64,000 nt of DNA from Lytechinus pictus (lineage: Eukaryota): contig NC_087251.1 of assembly GCF_037042905.1 (NCBI RefSeq), forward strand, positions 41,852,001-41,916,000, in the 5' to 3' direction. Shown here piece by piece: positions 12,247-22,964 of this stretch (position 1 is its first letter; each line of letters opens with the position of its first letter). The notes beneath the pieces were generated by a model, which ran no database searches, had not been told where the DNA came from, and was given only the letters and a program-made list of their open reading frames with translations. Made by a program: the position numbers and the translations under genes.

Positions 12247-12357
12247 ATGCCTGGGTTTCCAGAATGGTATAACACAAAGTATGAGGAGGATCCTGCCATC
12301 TACACATACAAATTGCTGGAGGACTACAAGGATGGGGAGTTGGAAATTGTAGTCTAA
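12247..12357 (+). pseudogene. Orphan terminal exon encoding a Spindlin (Spin/Ssty Tudor)-like segment
   Basis: TTTCAG acceptor, then MPGFPEWYNTKYEEDPAIYTYKLLEDYKDGELEIVV*. This resembles the spindlin repeat [28 protein letters not shown], recalled from memory. Confidence 0.6.
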
Positions 12358-13494
12358 TGGTGCATATTTACATACATAGCATTGGTCATAATAACCCACA
12401 TCCACCACACCCCCTCCCTCCCACACTTTAAAAAGAAGTTGAATACTAACAGCACATTTCCTCTAATCCAGTTTTTAATTTACCAACATTTTAATTTCAG
12501 CTGCCTTGATTTCATTTCAGCACCATTGGCCTGGATGAGGATCCTGCCACCAGTTTCTGCAAGAAAACCAGACAAACGTGTTAGAACAGAAGGATCGCAC
12601 AAGTACATGTATTGTCATCTGACATTGTTTAAAGGTACTTATCATTCCTTGTTTGTTGTTTTTTGTCTCATAATAACTTAGAATGTTTTTAAGTGTACTG
12701 CAATCAATTTTTTTTTGGGGGGGGGTAAATAGACTGTATTTCATGATATTTCTTACCGGGGGAATGGAAGGCGACAGACATGAAATGGAGATTCGCGAAG
12801 CTAAAATTGCCTGTAACTTCTCTAATATTCAAGGTATGGAGCTGATTTTACGACCATTCTTTTTCTCTTTTAATTATCTTTCCAATGATACCAAATTTAT
12901 GGGGGTGCTGTACAAAAATCAAAAACTCACCGAACTCCCTAATGTGGAGCCAGCAATGGGAAAATTACTCTATTCTAACAAATCTCTCTCAACATTCTGA
13001 TAGTTATCAGACTGCCCTTCTCCGTCACAGTGTTGGACCGTAATGTCTTCGCGTCTACAATGGCATGAAATTTGCCACTGGGCTGATAGCATCAAATGTT
13101 CTGTGATTATGAAAGTTTAACACACATTTCCTTGGGGAGAGCAGGGAATTCTTTGAGAGATTTAAATTCAACCAGCGAAATCAGGAGATTGATGAATCCA
13201 TTGAGCAGTATGCCACGGTTCTTGGTATGATGAGCAAAACATGTGGATTCTGTGACTGTATGAAAGACAAGCTGCTTGTTGATCGTGTCCTACTCGGTGT
13301 GCGTGATGATCGTATGAGAGAACTTCTCATTTCGAGATATGACCTTGACCTCACAACTGCTATAGACGTGTCTAAAGCTGTAGAGGCTACATCTGTCTAA
13401 ATGAAAGCTCTGAGTCAAAAGAATGAAGACATACATAAGGTTGGACAGAAACATTTAACAAAGTCTGGAAGAAAAAAATAACATGCAGAAACCA

Positions 13495-13980
13495 CATTTT
13501 AAAAAAATATTGAGTGTCAGGGGAGAAAGAGACTACTATCGCTGGATCTCGGAGCTTAGAAATAGAAGCATCACCGGAAACAGGTATCTGTGGTGAGAAC
13601 ATAGAGATGTATACTATCTCTATGGGTGAGAAGCATCTTTATACAGCTCTGTAGAGGTCAGTGGTGTAGTCGCTTCCGTTAGCTTTCTTTAATTGAGCAC
13701 AAGAGGGTGCGTTACATCCTCTACGTAGAAGTCTATGTGCTGCTGAGGATGACAAATTTCCCTAGATATAAATTCCAACAATATTTCTTGCGATAAATGA
13801 CAATATATCGTTGATTCCAAGATAAATTACAGCAGCAACGGAGACTGTAGTGGTACATGTAAGTCAAACTCTCTTTTACATTTTTAAAAGAATTTTGTCT
13901 ATGAGTATGACTACGCCTCACATACACTAGTCCCATCCCCTACCTTTTGCTGTATGGCGAATGGTCGGGGATGAGGAGTG
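13495..13980. mobile_element. Unclassified 486-bp insertion in gag with 10-bp TSD
   Basis: GCAGAAACCA at 13485-13494 and 13981-13990. The empty site reads MQKPKGKD. No clear TIRs. Confidence 0.6.
13600..13624. mobile_element. 25-bp micro-element CATAGAGAT-gtatact-ATCTCTATG with 8-bp TSD
   Basis: Perfect 9-bp TIR flanked by GGTGAGAA at 13592-13599 and 13625-13632. Confidence 0.75.
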
Positions 13981-14920
13981 GCAGAAACCAAAGGGGAAAG
14001 ATCTACAGAAAGGTAAATCAGAGGTTAAGAAGTGCAAGTTCTGTAACAGGGTTCATGAGATGAAAAAAGAGTCCTGTCCAGCATGGGGACAAAAGTGCAA
14101 AGCTTGCAGTAAGCCTAATCACTTCAAGCAATCTTCAGTGTGCAAGACCAGGAATGTTCACCATGTCGGAGATGATGACTACTCATCCTCAGCTGAAAGC
14201 ATTAGTTTTGTGCAAATTAATGCAGTGGATATGGACAAAGAGCCAATTATCTGTAACATGCTTATCAACAATCAGAGGGTACCGTTCCAGCTGGACTCAG
14301 GTGCAACAGTGAATCTTCTACCACAAAAGTATCTAAAAGAGGAGGATGTAGTTCAGAGTGCAAACATCCGTCTATCTATGTGGAATAAAGCTACAACTCA
14401 GGCTATTGGCAAGTGTAAGGTGATAACCAGAAATCCTGCTACTGGCAAGAAATACAAACTTCAATACCTCAGAAACAGAACCAACCAACCCAGCTTCCCT
14501 GAGACGATCTAGATGTCAGCGACGCGAACCGCTTAAGATGAGGGATTTTGTTACGTTTTGAACATTTAAACCAAAGAAGGAAAGAGAGTGAATGCTGAAA
14601 TAAACAAACTGAACACTAACATTTCTCAAACAACTTTTTTTTTTATATCAAGCAAATTTTGAAGTCAGAACTGAACCAACAACCAACTCTTTCATCAACT
14701 CATCTATCTGGACTTTTTATTTTGTGAAATCAACCTGGACATTTTGTTTGCAACTGGAAGAACTGTTTTGAACTCAATTATTTTTCTGCAACTACAAAAA
14801 TGTGAAAGTCTCATAAACTGGTATTTTGGTTTTATATTTTGGAAATATTTAAATACATTAATTGTTTGGTTTATCACTGATATTTTTTTTATTATCTACA
14901 TTCTCTCTAGCACAAAGCTC

Positions 14921-14933
14921 AAATAAGGGAGGA
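14921..14933 (+). promoter_or_regulatory. Polypurine tract of the Gypsy element
   Basis: AAATAAGGGAGGA abuts the TG start of the 3' LTR. Confidence 0.75.
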
Positions 14934-15093
14934 TGTTACAATATCTGCATGTTTATGAGATTTGAGGAGCATGTAATGATCCTGCCAAAAGAGGGCCCTA
15001 CAAACGTTTAGTACTTATTAACTGCTACTCTCTCGACCATACAGAAGCTGTGTAAATTTTGTTTGTTTCTGACTCATAATATAACTTGAAACA
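14934..15093 (+). repeat. Gypsy 3' LTR (160 bp)
   Basis: TGTT...AACA termini, preceded by a PPT. The 3' half matches 15-84. Confidence 0.85.
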
Positions 15094-15109
15094 AATAGTA
15101 GTCGATAGG

Positions 15110-15890
15110 ACGGGCAATCAACTTTTCATTTGTGCCGTGGCAGTTAGGACACATTATTTTCTACCAGCATGCAGTCGGAGGAGCCCGGAGATACCATCGA
15201 AATGCTGAGAGCAAGAAAGGGGGAAACTCTAGAGGACAAGCTGGTTGGTCCGTCGGTTTAGCTGAAAATGTCTCGATTCATGGACGTTGTGTCCAAGACT
15301 AAGAGTGAGACAACCCCACGTGCCAAGCACGTGATACCACGGAGATACCATCGAAATGCTGAGAGCAAGAAAGGGGGGTAACTCTGGAGGACAAGCTGGT
15401 CGGTCAGTCGGTTTAGCTGAAAATGTCTTGGTTCATGGACGTTGTGTCCAAGACTAAGAGTGAGACAACCCCACGTGCCAAGCACGGATAATAATGTTGG
15501 AGTAGCTCCATGCTACAAACGCATCCATCTGCACACCCGTCTGGACATCGCCCGGCAGGGCTGACAGTTACGACCCTGACATTGATTTAGACTCTGTCGA
15601 AAGGCCTGAAGATGCAGTGGTCCTCCCTGTTGATCGCGACCTGTACAAAGGCGCAACCGAATTCGGTGCACTGGTTTCGGATTCTCTGGTTAATCACATC
15701 GCATGTCAAAGGCGGTAAAGAGAGTCCAAAAAGTTGCTCAGCAATATCTCATTCCTTCGAAGTGCTCACCGAGGGTACCCCCAGGAACTTTGGGGTTCGA
15801 TTCCATGGAGAGTTCGTACTACTGAGGGTCGAGTACAAAAACTTAAGTCTCATACGATGAAGGGAGTCAAGGGACTACTCCCATATTTTA
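15110..15890 (-). mobile_element. Possible decayed LINE 3' remnant containing a 154-bp-period tandem duplication
   Basis: Minus-strand fragments TPKFLGV (RT-like) and MCPNCHGTNE (C-terminal knuckle-like). Direct repeat 15186-15331 / 15340-15486. Confidence 0.35.
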
Positions 15891-16325
15891 AATTACTGTG
15901 TGAAATGTTGGTTTTGTAAGTTGTCAACTGTCCTTGAAAGGAATTTGTTCCTTAAAAGGAATTTGTTCTTGAAAGGAATTTGTATGAAGATGATTGAATG
16001 CATTACAAATTTTCTTTATAAAGAAAATGAATATCTATCTTACCAAATGAAGAAGGTAAAAAACAAAAGACTGTCAGAAAGTCATTCAGAAAGATACAAA
16101 GATACAAGGAGTTCTTATGTTTAAGAGAAAGGGAAAAAAAAGAGATCAAAGAAGAAGAAGAAATGATAAATCTATCAAGATATTGTAATCATAATTAGAT
16201 ATCCTATCTTTGTTATCATGCTATCAAGTTTTTTGACATTGAGTAAACATAATTATAAACTCAGATTCTTATGTTGCATTTTTCATTAATACATGCCCTT
16301 TTGTCGTATAACTGTTTCTCTTCAG

Positions 16326-16470
16326 TTTCTGAACATGAAACGCTCTGAAGACTTGTACAAATGTTACATAATAGAATTCCTAAATTAGACAAGCTGATAG
16401 CTGTCAATAATCAACCATTAATGGGTATGACCTTGAAAGAAACCCAGTCTGTTACAAGAGTCAGTATAAA
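16326..16470 (+). pseudogene. Exon-like segment with a PDZ-like motif and an in-frame TGA
   Basis: TTTCTCTTCAG acceptor and AAA|GTAAGT donor. The frame reads SEHETL*RLVQMLHNRIPKLDKLIAVNNQPLMGMTLKETQSV. Confidence 0.45.
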
Positions 16471-16936
16471 GTAAGTGCAGTGTTGATTATTACTTATTGA
16501 ATTGATAACTTTATTATCCCCTGACGGGAAATTTGCTTTTCACTGGTGCATTACAAATACAAAATAATGCTTACAAGGATATGAAGTTTACAAATGAGAT
16601 GACAAATATGAATAAATCAACAAGTCAGCAGGAATAATAAACTTAATTTAAACATAATTCAAACGTAGGGTTTACATGGTCAAAATCTTGTAACAATAAT
16701 AACTTCTGAATAGAGATTAAAGTGTAAAGAATCAAGAATCCGGGCATACACTCATTCGGTGGCTAATTGTCAAATTGATCAGTATCTTTGTGCAGTAGCG
16801 TTTAAGAGGTGGACCGAGTTTGGGGTGAAAGATTGTCTCGTCCTTGCTCGGGCAGATCTCGGTACGCAAAGGCGAAAACCCGACCTATTTTAGTTATAGT
16901 TATAATGGAGTGGATGGGTGGGGTCATTCATGATTC

Positions 16937-18636
16937 TTTTTGTCTCGCCTGCATAGCAGAGCGAGACTATAGGCGCCGCTTTTCCGACGGCGGCGGCGGC
17001 AACATCAAATCTTTACCTAAGGTTAAGTTTTTGAAATGACATCATAACTTAGAAAGTATATGGACCTAGTTCATGAAACTTGGACATAAGGTTTATCAAG
17101 TATTACTGAACATCCTGCCTGAGTTTCAGGTCACATGACCAAGGTCAAAGGTCATTTAGGGTCAATGAACTTAGACCATGTTGGGAAAATTATTTTCAAA
17201 ATCTTAACCGAAGGTTAAGTTTTTGAAATGACATCATAACTTAGAAAGTATATGGACCTAGTTCATGAAACTTGGGCATAAGGTTAATCAAGTATAAGTG
17301 AACATCCTGCTCGAGTTTCAGGTCACGTGACCAAGGTCAAAGGTCATTTAGGGTCAATGAACTTTGGTCAAGTTGGGGGTATTTGTTGAATTACTATCAT
17401 AACTTTGAAAATTTATGGATTTAGTCCATGAAACTTGGACATAAGGTTAATCAAGTATTAGTGAACATCCTGCCTGAGTTTCAGGTCACATGACCAAGGT
17501 CAAAGGTCATTTAGGGTCAATGAACTTAGACCATGTTGGGAAAATTATTTTCAAAATCTTAACCGAAGGTTAAGTTTTTGAAATGACATCATAACTTAGA
17601 AAGTATATGGACCTAGTTCATGAAACTTGGGCATAAGGTTAATCAAGTATAAGTGAACATCCTGCTCGAGTTTCAGGTCACGTGACCAAGGTCAAAGGTC
17701 ATTTAGGGTCAATGAACTTTGGTCAAGTTGGGGGTATTTGTTGAATTACTATCATAACTTTGAAAATTTATGGATTTAGTCCATGAAACTTGGACATAAG
17801 GTTAATCAAGTATTAGTGAACATCCTGTGCGAGTTTCAGGTCACATGACCAAGGTCAAAGGTCATTTAGGGTCAATGAACTTTGGCCAAGTTGGGGGTAT
17901 TTGTTGAATTACCATCATAACTTTGAAAATTTATGGATTTAGTTCATGAAACTTGGACATTAGGTTAATCAAGTACCACTGAATATCCTGTGTGAGTTTC
18001 AGGTCACATGACTATGGTCAATGGTCATTTAAGGTCAATGAACTTTGGCCGTGTTGGGGGTATATGTTAAATTACCATCCTAACTCTGAAAGTTTATGGA
18101 TCTAGTTCATAAAACTTGGACATAAGAGTAATCAAGTATCACTGAACATCCTGTTCGAGTTTCAGGTCACATGACCATGGTCAAAGGTCGTTAAAGGTCA
18201 ATGAACTTTGGCCGTGTTGGGGGTATTTGTTGAATTTCCATCCTAACTCTGAAGTTTATGGATTTAGTTCATAAAACTTGGGATATAAGATTAATCAAGC
18301 ATCACTGAACATCCCCTGTGAGTTTCAGGTCACAAAACCAAGTCAAAGGTCAGTTAAGGTCAATAAACTTAGGCCATGTTGGGGTAATTGTTGAAGTGCC
18401 ATCATAACTTTGAAAGTTTATGGATAGAGTGAATGAAATGTGGACATGGGTGTACATGTAGTTGACAGTCTTAAGTCTCTGTTCAAATGTCATTTATGGT
18501 CAATGAACGTGGTATTATGTAATTATATGAATGATGTTTTTGTGAATGATTATTTTATAGTAGTTTTCAAAGTTAGCACTGCTGCTATATTAAATTGCGT
18601 AATGCAGGCGAGACTGCCAGAGGCGTTCCACTTGTT
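16937..18636 (+). mobile_element. HINE/Helentron-like element, family 1 copy B (~9 core repeats)
   Basis: TTTTTGTCTCGCCTGCATAGCAGAGCGAGAC...ATGCAGGCGAGACTGCCAGAGGCGTTCCACTTGTT, with 163/192-bp tandem cores including a near-identical 355-bp dimer duplication. Confidence 0.85.
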
Positions 18637-18650
18637 CTTCTTTCTTTCAT

Positions 18651-18683
<33 letters not shown>

Positions 18684-18771
18684 TGTTTGTTCTTCCGTTC
18701 GTTCTTTCTTCCTTCCTTCCTTCCTTCCTTCCTTCCTTCCTTCCTTCCTTCCTTCCTTCTTTCTTTCTTTC
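18637..18771 (+). repeat. (TTTC)n/(TTCC)n microsatellite
   Basis: Seen directly. It explains the low-complexity ORFs at 18440-19020. Confidence 0.95.
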
Positions 18772-19010
18772 CCAATTTCCCAATATGACATTTCTGAGAT
18801 TTTTAGTAATAGTGCTCCTTTAATGTTTACATCCTTCACAAAAATATACACTCAAGAGTCAAATTGCATATTTTATCCATTATTTTCATTGTCTGTTATA
18901 TTATTTGGTATTTGTGATTTGAATACAAATTTCTTTTTTTTTTCAATGTATGTCTTCACTTTAAGTTACCTAATTTTTTTTTCATTTCTTCTCTGTTTGA
19001 TTAATCTCAG

Positions 19011-19505
19011 CAGGTTTTAGATGATTCAAATTCTCAGCAAGAGCAAAAAGACACACTTAATTCAACTACTCAAAATGAAAACGTCAATGCAAATTCAAAT
19101 AGTGAAGGAGAAGGGCAACTTGATACACCGCCAGAGGAAGCGCCTCTCATCCATGATGAGATGAATCGAGTTGATTATCCACCTACTGATCCAGGAGATA
19201 CTGCTCCTGAAGCAGCAGATGCCCAAAGTCAAGAGACTGAAGCCGTTCCTTCAGATGCCACTCATAGTGTTCCTGCGCTGGCTTCAAGTACCTCTGAGAA
19301 TATTTGCCGAAATGCCAGCAAAGAACTAGACCCAAAGGCCCAGGAAGCCTTTGATCGTGCTGTCCGTGTATTCTGCCCACTTGTAGATCCTAAGCACATG
19401 CTGGATGTAGTAGCTCCTGGCATTGGCAGCTTGCATCTGGACCATGCTCCTCTCAAGGCAGATAGTTCTTTTACCCAGCTTCTCACCAAGATGACTGATG
19501 TAGAG
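19011..19505 (+). CDS. LRR gene, first recognisable exon (acidic low-complexity region; acceptor could be 19011, 19014 or 19021)
   Basis: Long pyrimidine tract plus CAG, an open frame DDSNSQQEQK...LLTKMTDVE, and donor GAG|GTATAT in phase 0 matching the next exon. Confidence 0.75.
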
Positions 19506-19889
19506 GTATATTCCTATTTTCGTATTTAGTTTTCTGTTCTGATTTATTAGTTTTACATTCAGTTTGTTATTAAATCCACATGTATGACCTTGATGCAATC
19601 ATTTCTTTCTGAGTGTTCTGAGTAAGAATTTCATAACTTATTTTTTTTTTGTGGAAAAAATGCATATACAATGAAAGCACAGAAATAGTTAAGTTCTTGT
19701 CATTACCATGGGACTATGTTTTTTTTTTTCGCAGAATTTGACAAAATATTCTTGTACATGTGTACACAATAGTATTCAATTCTCTTACTCAAAAGCTTCA
19801 ATAAAAGTCCAGAGTCTTATATCAGTATAAGTTTGCATTCTTCTATAAGTAACATGGAAATTTTATTCAAATGATTCAATACTTGACAG

Positions 19890-20015
19890 GAATTAGATTT
19901 TGGAAAGAATGAGATGGGACCTCAAGCATTCCGAGTGATCATGATGGCACTGTCAGCCAACACTTCCATCAAATCAGCTGTACTCTCCAACAACAAAACA
20001 GACACAGATACAGCA
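19890..20015 (+). CDS. LRR gene exon 2 (RNI-like LRR)
   Basis: CAG|ELDFGKNEMGPQAFRVIMMALSANTSIKSAVLSNNKTDTDTA|GTGAGT, phase 0-0. Confidence 0.88.
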
Positions 20016-20306
20016 GTGAGTAGCATTTGTTTATTCAAGCCCCCTCCTGCATATAACTTGCCATTTACGGTAATTTGTATGAAATCATTGAATTTGATTG
20101 GTTGTTTGGCAATTCCACCATTTTTATTCCCATTGGATGAAAAAATTTCCTAATAATAACAGTAATTTTAATAAAATAGGGTATTTGGCACTTTGTCCTG
20201 AATGTTGCCATTCTATGAAAATACTAGCGGATCTTTTGGTTTTGATTTGATAAATAGCCGTGCTACAATGGGAACCATCTGTGAAGATCGCTTTAATTAG
20301 CGTTGT

Positions 20307-20610
20307 GGAGCGTTGTGGCCCAGTGGATTAGTCTCCGGACTTTGAAACAGAGGGTTGTGGGTTCGAATCCCAGCCATGGCGTAATTTCCTTCGGCAAGAA
20401 ATTTATCCACATTGTGCTGCACTCAACCCAGGTGAGGTGAATGGGTACCTGGCAGGAATTTATTCCTTGAAATGCGTGTGCGCTGTAATCTTAGTAATTA
20501 CGGCTGCCAAGCTACAGCTGGGGTAATAATATCCAAGTCCTTTGGAAGCGCATAGAGACATTATTCATAATCGTGATATGCGCTATACAAGAACTGTTTA
20601 TTATTATTTA
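20307..20610 (+). mobile_element. tRNA-derived SINE with Deu/Nin-type core and L2-like tail
   Basis: Box A TGGCCCAGTGG, box B GGTTCGAATCC, core CACTCAACCCAGGTGAGGTGAATGGGTACC, and tail GCGCTATACAAGAACTGTT(TAT)n. Confidence 0.88.
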
Positions 20611-21498
20611 ATTAAAACAGTTCTCTTTTGCGTAATAATCTGTTTCAAGGGGGGTGTTTAACTCTGAAGTAATGTTTAAGCAGTAAGTACCAACATACAC
20701 ACAATTATGTATTCATATATTTGTCCATAAAATAAAAATTTGTATTGTTTACATGTTTTTGTGAAAAACCTAATTAAAGACAAGATATCATATGGAATTT
20801 ATAGACATGCAACAATAACAAAAATTATACATTTGATAATGACATTAAGCATATACATTAGATATACTGTATATTAGATAATTATTTACCCAGTCAATGT
20901 CAATGATAATATACCTACAATAATGCATCTTTATAAACAATCTCATATCAATGAGATTATATCATGTCACATATAAAATGATATGATCTGATTGATGAAT
21001 TCCATGGTTGCATATGTTCTCAGAGTGTGTTCCCACTTGTGACAGGAAATTAAAATGTAATTTTGAGTCACTTTCGGTTGTAGCCCCCACCCCCTCCACT
21101 CCCTTGTACTATTACAAACTGCTTTCTCTTTAATAAAATCAACATCATAGCCTGCAATAAGAAAAAAAATGGAAAGCCTTAAAAATAACTAAGATTACAA
21201 GGCTCTGTGCAAGCTATTGATGCTCTTAGCTGGTCAAGAAATACATTTCAAAGGACAATAGACACTGCTCTTTGAAAAATGTTCGCAGAAGGGACAGTTT
21301 TAAAATACTTCTTTGATAAAGTTCTCCCAAAGCAGCTGTATAACTAAAGTCTCTACTTTCATCTTTCAGCAGGAATCACACCGTAAAGGATCTTGTTATC
21401 TTTCACATCATGATTTCTGCATTTTGACATTTGTCAGATTAGAATTAATGGTGACATATATCTCCCCAATTTATTTCATTGATTTGTATCTCTTGCAG

Positions 21499-21635
21499 GA
21501 GAGTATAGGAGTGATGATTACGACCAACCAGACATTGAAGAGCTTGGATCTCTCAAGTAATCAATTAGGGAAGGATTATCTATCAAGATGCATTGGACCT
21601 GCTCTCAAGACAAACACTTCTCTGACAACCCTCAA
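21499..21635 (+). CDS. LRR gene exon 3
   Basis: TTGCAG|ESIGVMITTNQTLKSLDLSSNQLGKDYLSRCIGPALKTNTSLTTL aa|GTAAGT, phase 0-2. Confidence 0.9.
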
Positions 21636-22138
21636 GTAAGTCTTTGATTTGATTGCATATTGACCATGCCTAAGACAGTGATACAAAAGGAAGCTTTTGT
21701 CTCTGTCTTACACAGAGTTGTAAAATACAAATTAAATTAAATTTGAGATTGACCTACATTCTGAACTCTTACAGCATTTGAGATCAATTTCAGAAGAGTT
21801 TGATTTGATTTCTGTAAATCGGTTGACTGAGCAAACAATGATTAGTGTGACAAGCCATTGTTAACCTAACACACATTTTCTTGCCCATCCAATCTGTTGT
21901 TCCTCTGCAGCTACTTTAAATGCACCAATGTTTTTTTTTCAGGGTGAATCAAATTGTCTATTCAGAGTTTGACCTCTGTGGCTACCAACCAATGAATAAT
22001 GTAATTCTCTTATTTTCAATGTGTGCCATTAATATGAAAGAAGTTTATCATTGATTGTCAATTTATTTTTATTTTTTATTGAAAATGAAGATTTCCTTAC
22101 TCCATATTTTATCCTTTCTGGGTTTTTTTACCATAAAG

Positions 22139-22278
22139 CATGTCAAGTTGTGGAGCTACAGACCTTTCTGCTCTCATGGAGGGCCTTCAAGAAAACAATC
22201 CTTAGTAGTCTTGATGTCAGCCACAATCAGTTGTCAAATAGCAATTCATTTGTCACTTCCCTTAGTATAATATTAAAG
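22139..22278 (+). CDS. LRR gene exon 4, frameshifted near 22197-22200
   Basis: AAG|c MSSCGATDLSALMEGLQENN, then a frame change to LSSLDVSHNQLSNSNSFVTSLSIILK|GTAAGT. The phases fit both neighbours only if the indel is corrected. Confidence 0.75.
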
Positions 22279-22835
22279 GTAAGTGTAAAGAAACCTTTCA
22301 TATGCACAAGCTTATTTTGAACTGTCCTGTCATACCCATTGAATAATGGCTGATCAAATGTATTTGGAATGAGATAATTACTAGGCCTAATAATTACAGT
22401 GATTTTATATTTGTGATAAATTGTCCAATCTATGATTTTTTATATCTAAGTTTTAGAAAATATTCACTTTTGCAAACAAAATCATCCAAGAACTTCCATT
22501 TTGAACGATTGCTGGATTGTTTTGACAAAACGGCACACTTTTTTTTTTAACCTTTGTTTGTAAAAGCACGGCGGAATTCACTTAATGAAATAAATGTTTA
22601 ACCCTGAGATTGCTGTCGTCCCTTCATAATTGTAAATCAGTTTTCACTTGACTTTATATTGCTACATTTGCTTTACTTTGAATTAAAATTTCAACCATTT
22701 GAATGTCTGTTTGATGAAGATAATGAGCTCCTGTTACAGAAATAAGATTCTTGGAAAGTGTCATTTGAATTTGGAAGCTCATATTGGTACATTTATGTTG
22801 GTATTTCATGATGTCGTTTCCTTGTTCCTTCCCAG

Positions 22836-22964
22836 AATTCCTCATGTGCAATAAAGGAGCTGAATGTTCGTAACTGTGGGATCCAGGGTACAGGGCTCCA
22901 GGTCCTGGGAGAGGGAGTCAAGGAGAATTCCTCCCTCGTTATATTTCATGCAGGAGGCAATGAT
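22836..22964 (+). CDS. LRR gene exon 5 (not in the ORF track)
   Basis: TTCCCAG|NSSCAIKELNVRNCGIQGTGLQVLGEGVKENSSLVIFHAGGND|GTAAGC, phase 0-0. Confidence 0.88.

Larger units (their letters stand above)
12941..14920 (+). mobile_element. Gypsy (Metaviridae) internal region: decayed gag, zinc knuckle and protease; RT/RNaseH/integrase deleted
   Basis: gag motifs WSQQWENYSIL, FERFKFNQRNQEIDESIEQY and DRVLLGVRDDRMRELL. Knuckle CKFCNRVH..CPAWGQKCKACSKPNHF. Protease FQLDSGATVNLL. Then a jump near 14465 to an integrase-tail-like LRRSRCQRREPLKMRDFV*. Confidence 0.88.

Noticed and set aside
15560..15625. Second hammerhead-like motif (GAAA...CTGAAGA)
   Set aside because: I could not close the required stems around the core.
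16346..16348. Selenocysteine or read-through TGA
   Set aside because: No SECIS seen. A CGA-to-TGA decay is simpler.
18440..19020. Overlapping Phe/Leu/Ser- or Arg/Lys/Glu-rich ORFs
   Set aside because: Translations of the TTTC/TTCC microsatellite and the HINE end.
20307..20385. tRNA gene
   Set aside because: No closed acceptor stem or T-run terminator; it continues into a SINE core and tail.
21943..22000. Alternative exon 4 bypassing the frameshift
   Set aside because: Splice sites and phases (2-0) are feasible, but VNQIVYSEFDLCGYQPMNN is not LRR-like, whereas 22139-22278 fits the repeat. Not excluded without RNA data.
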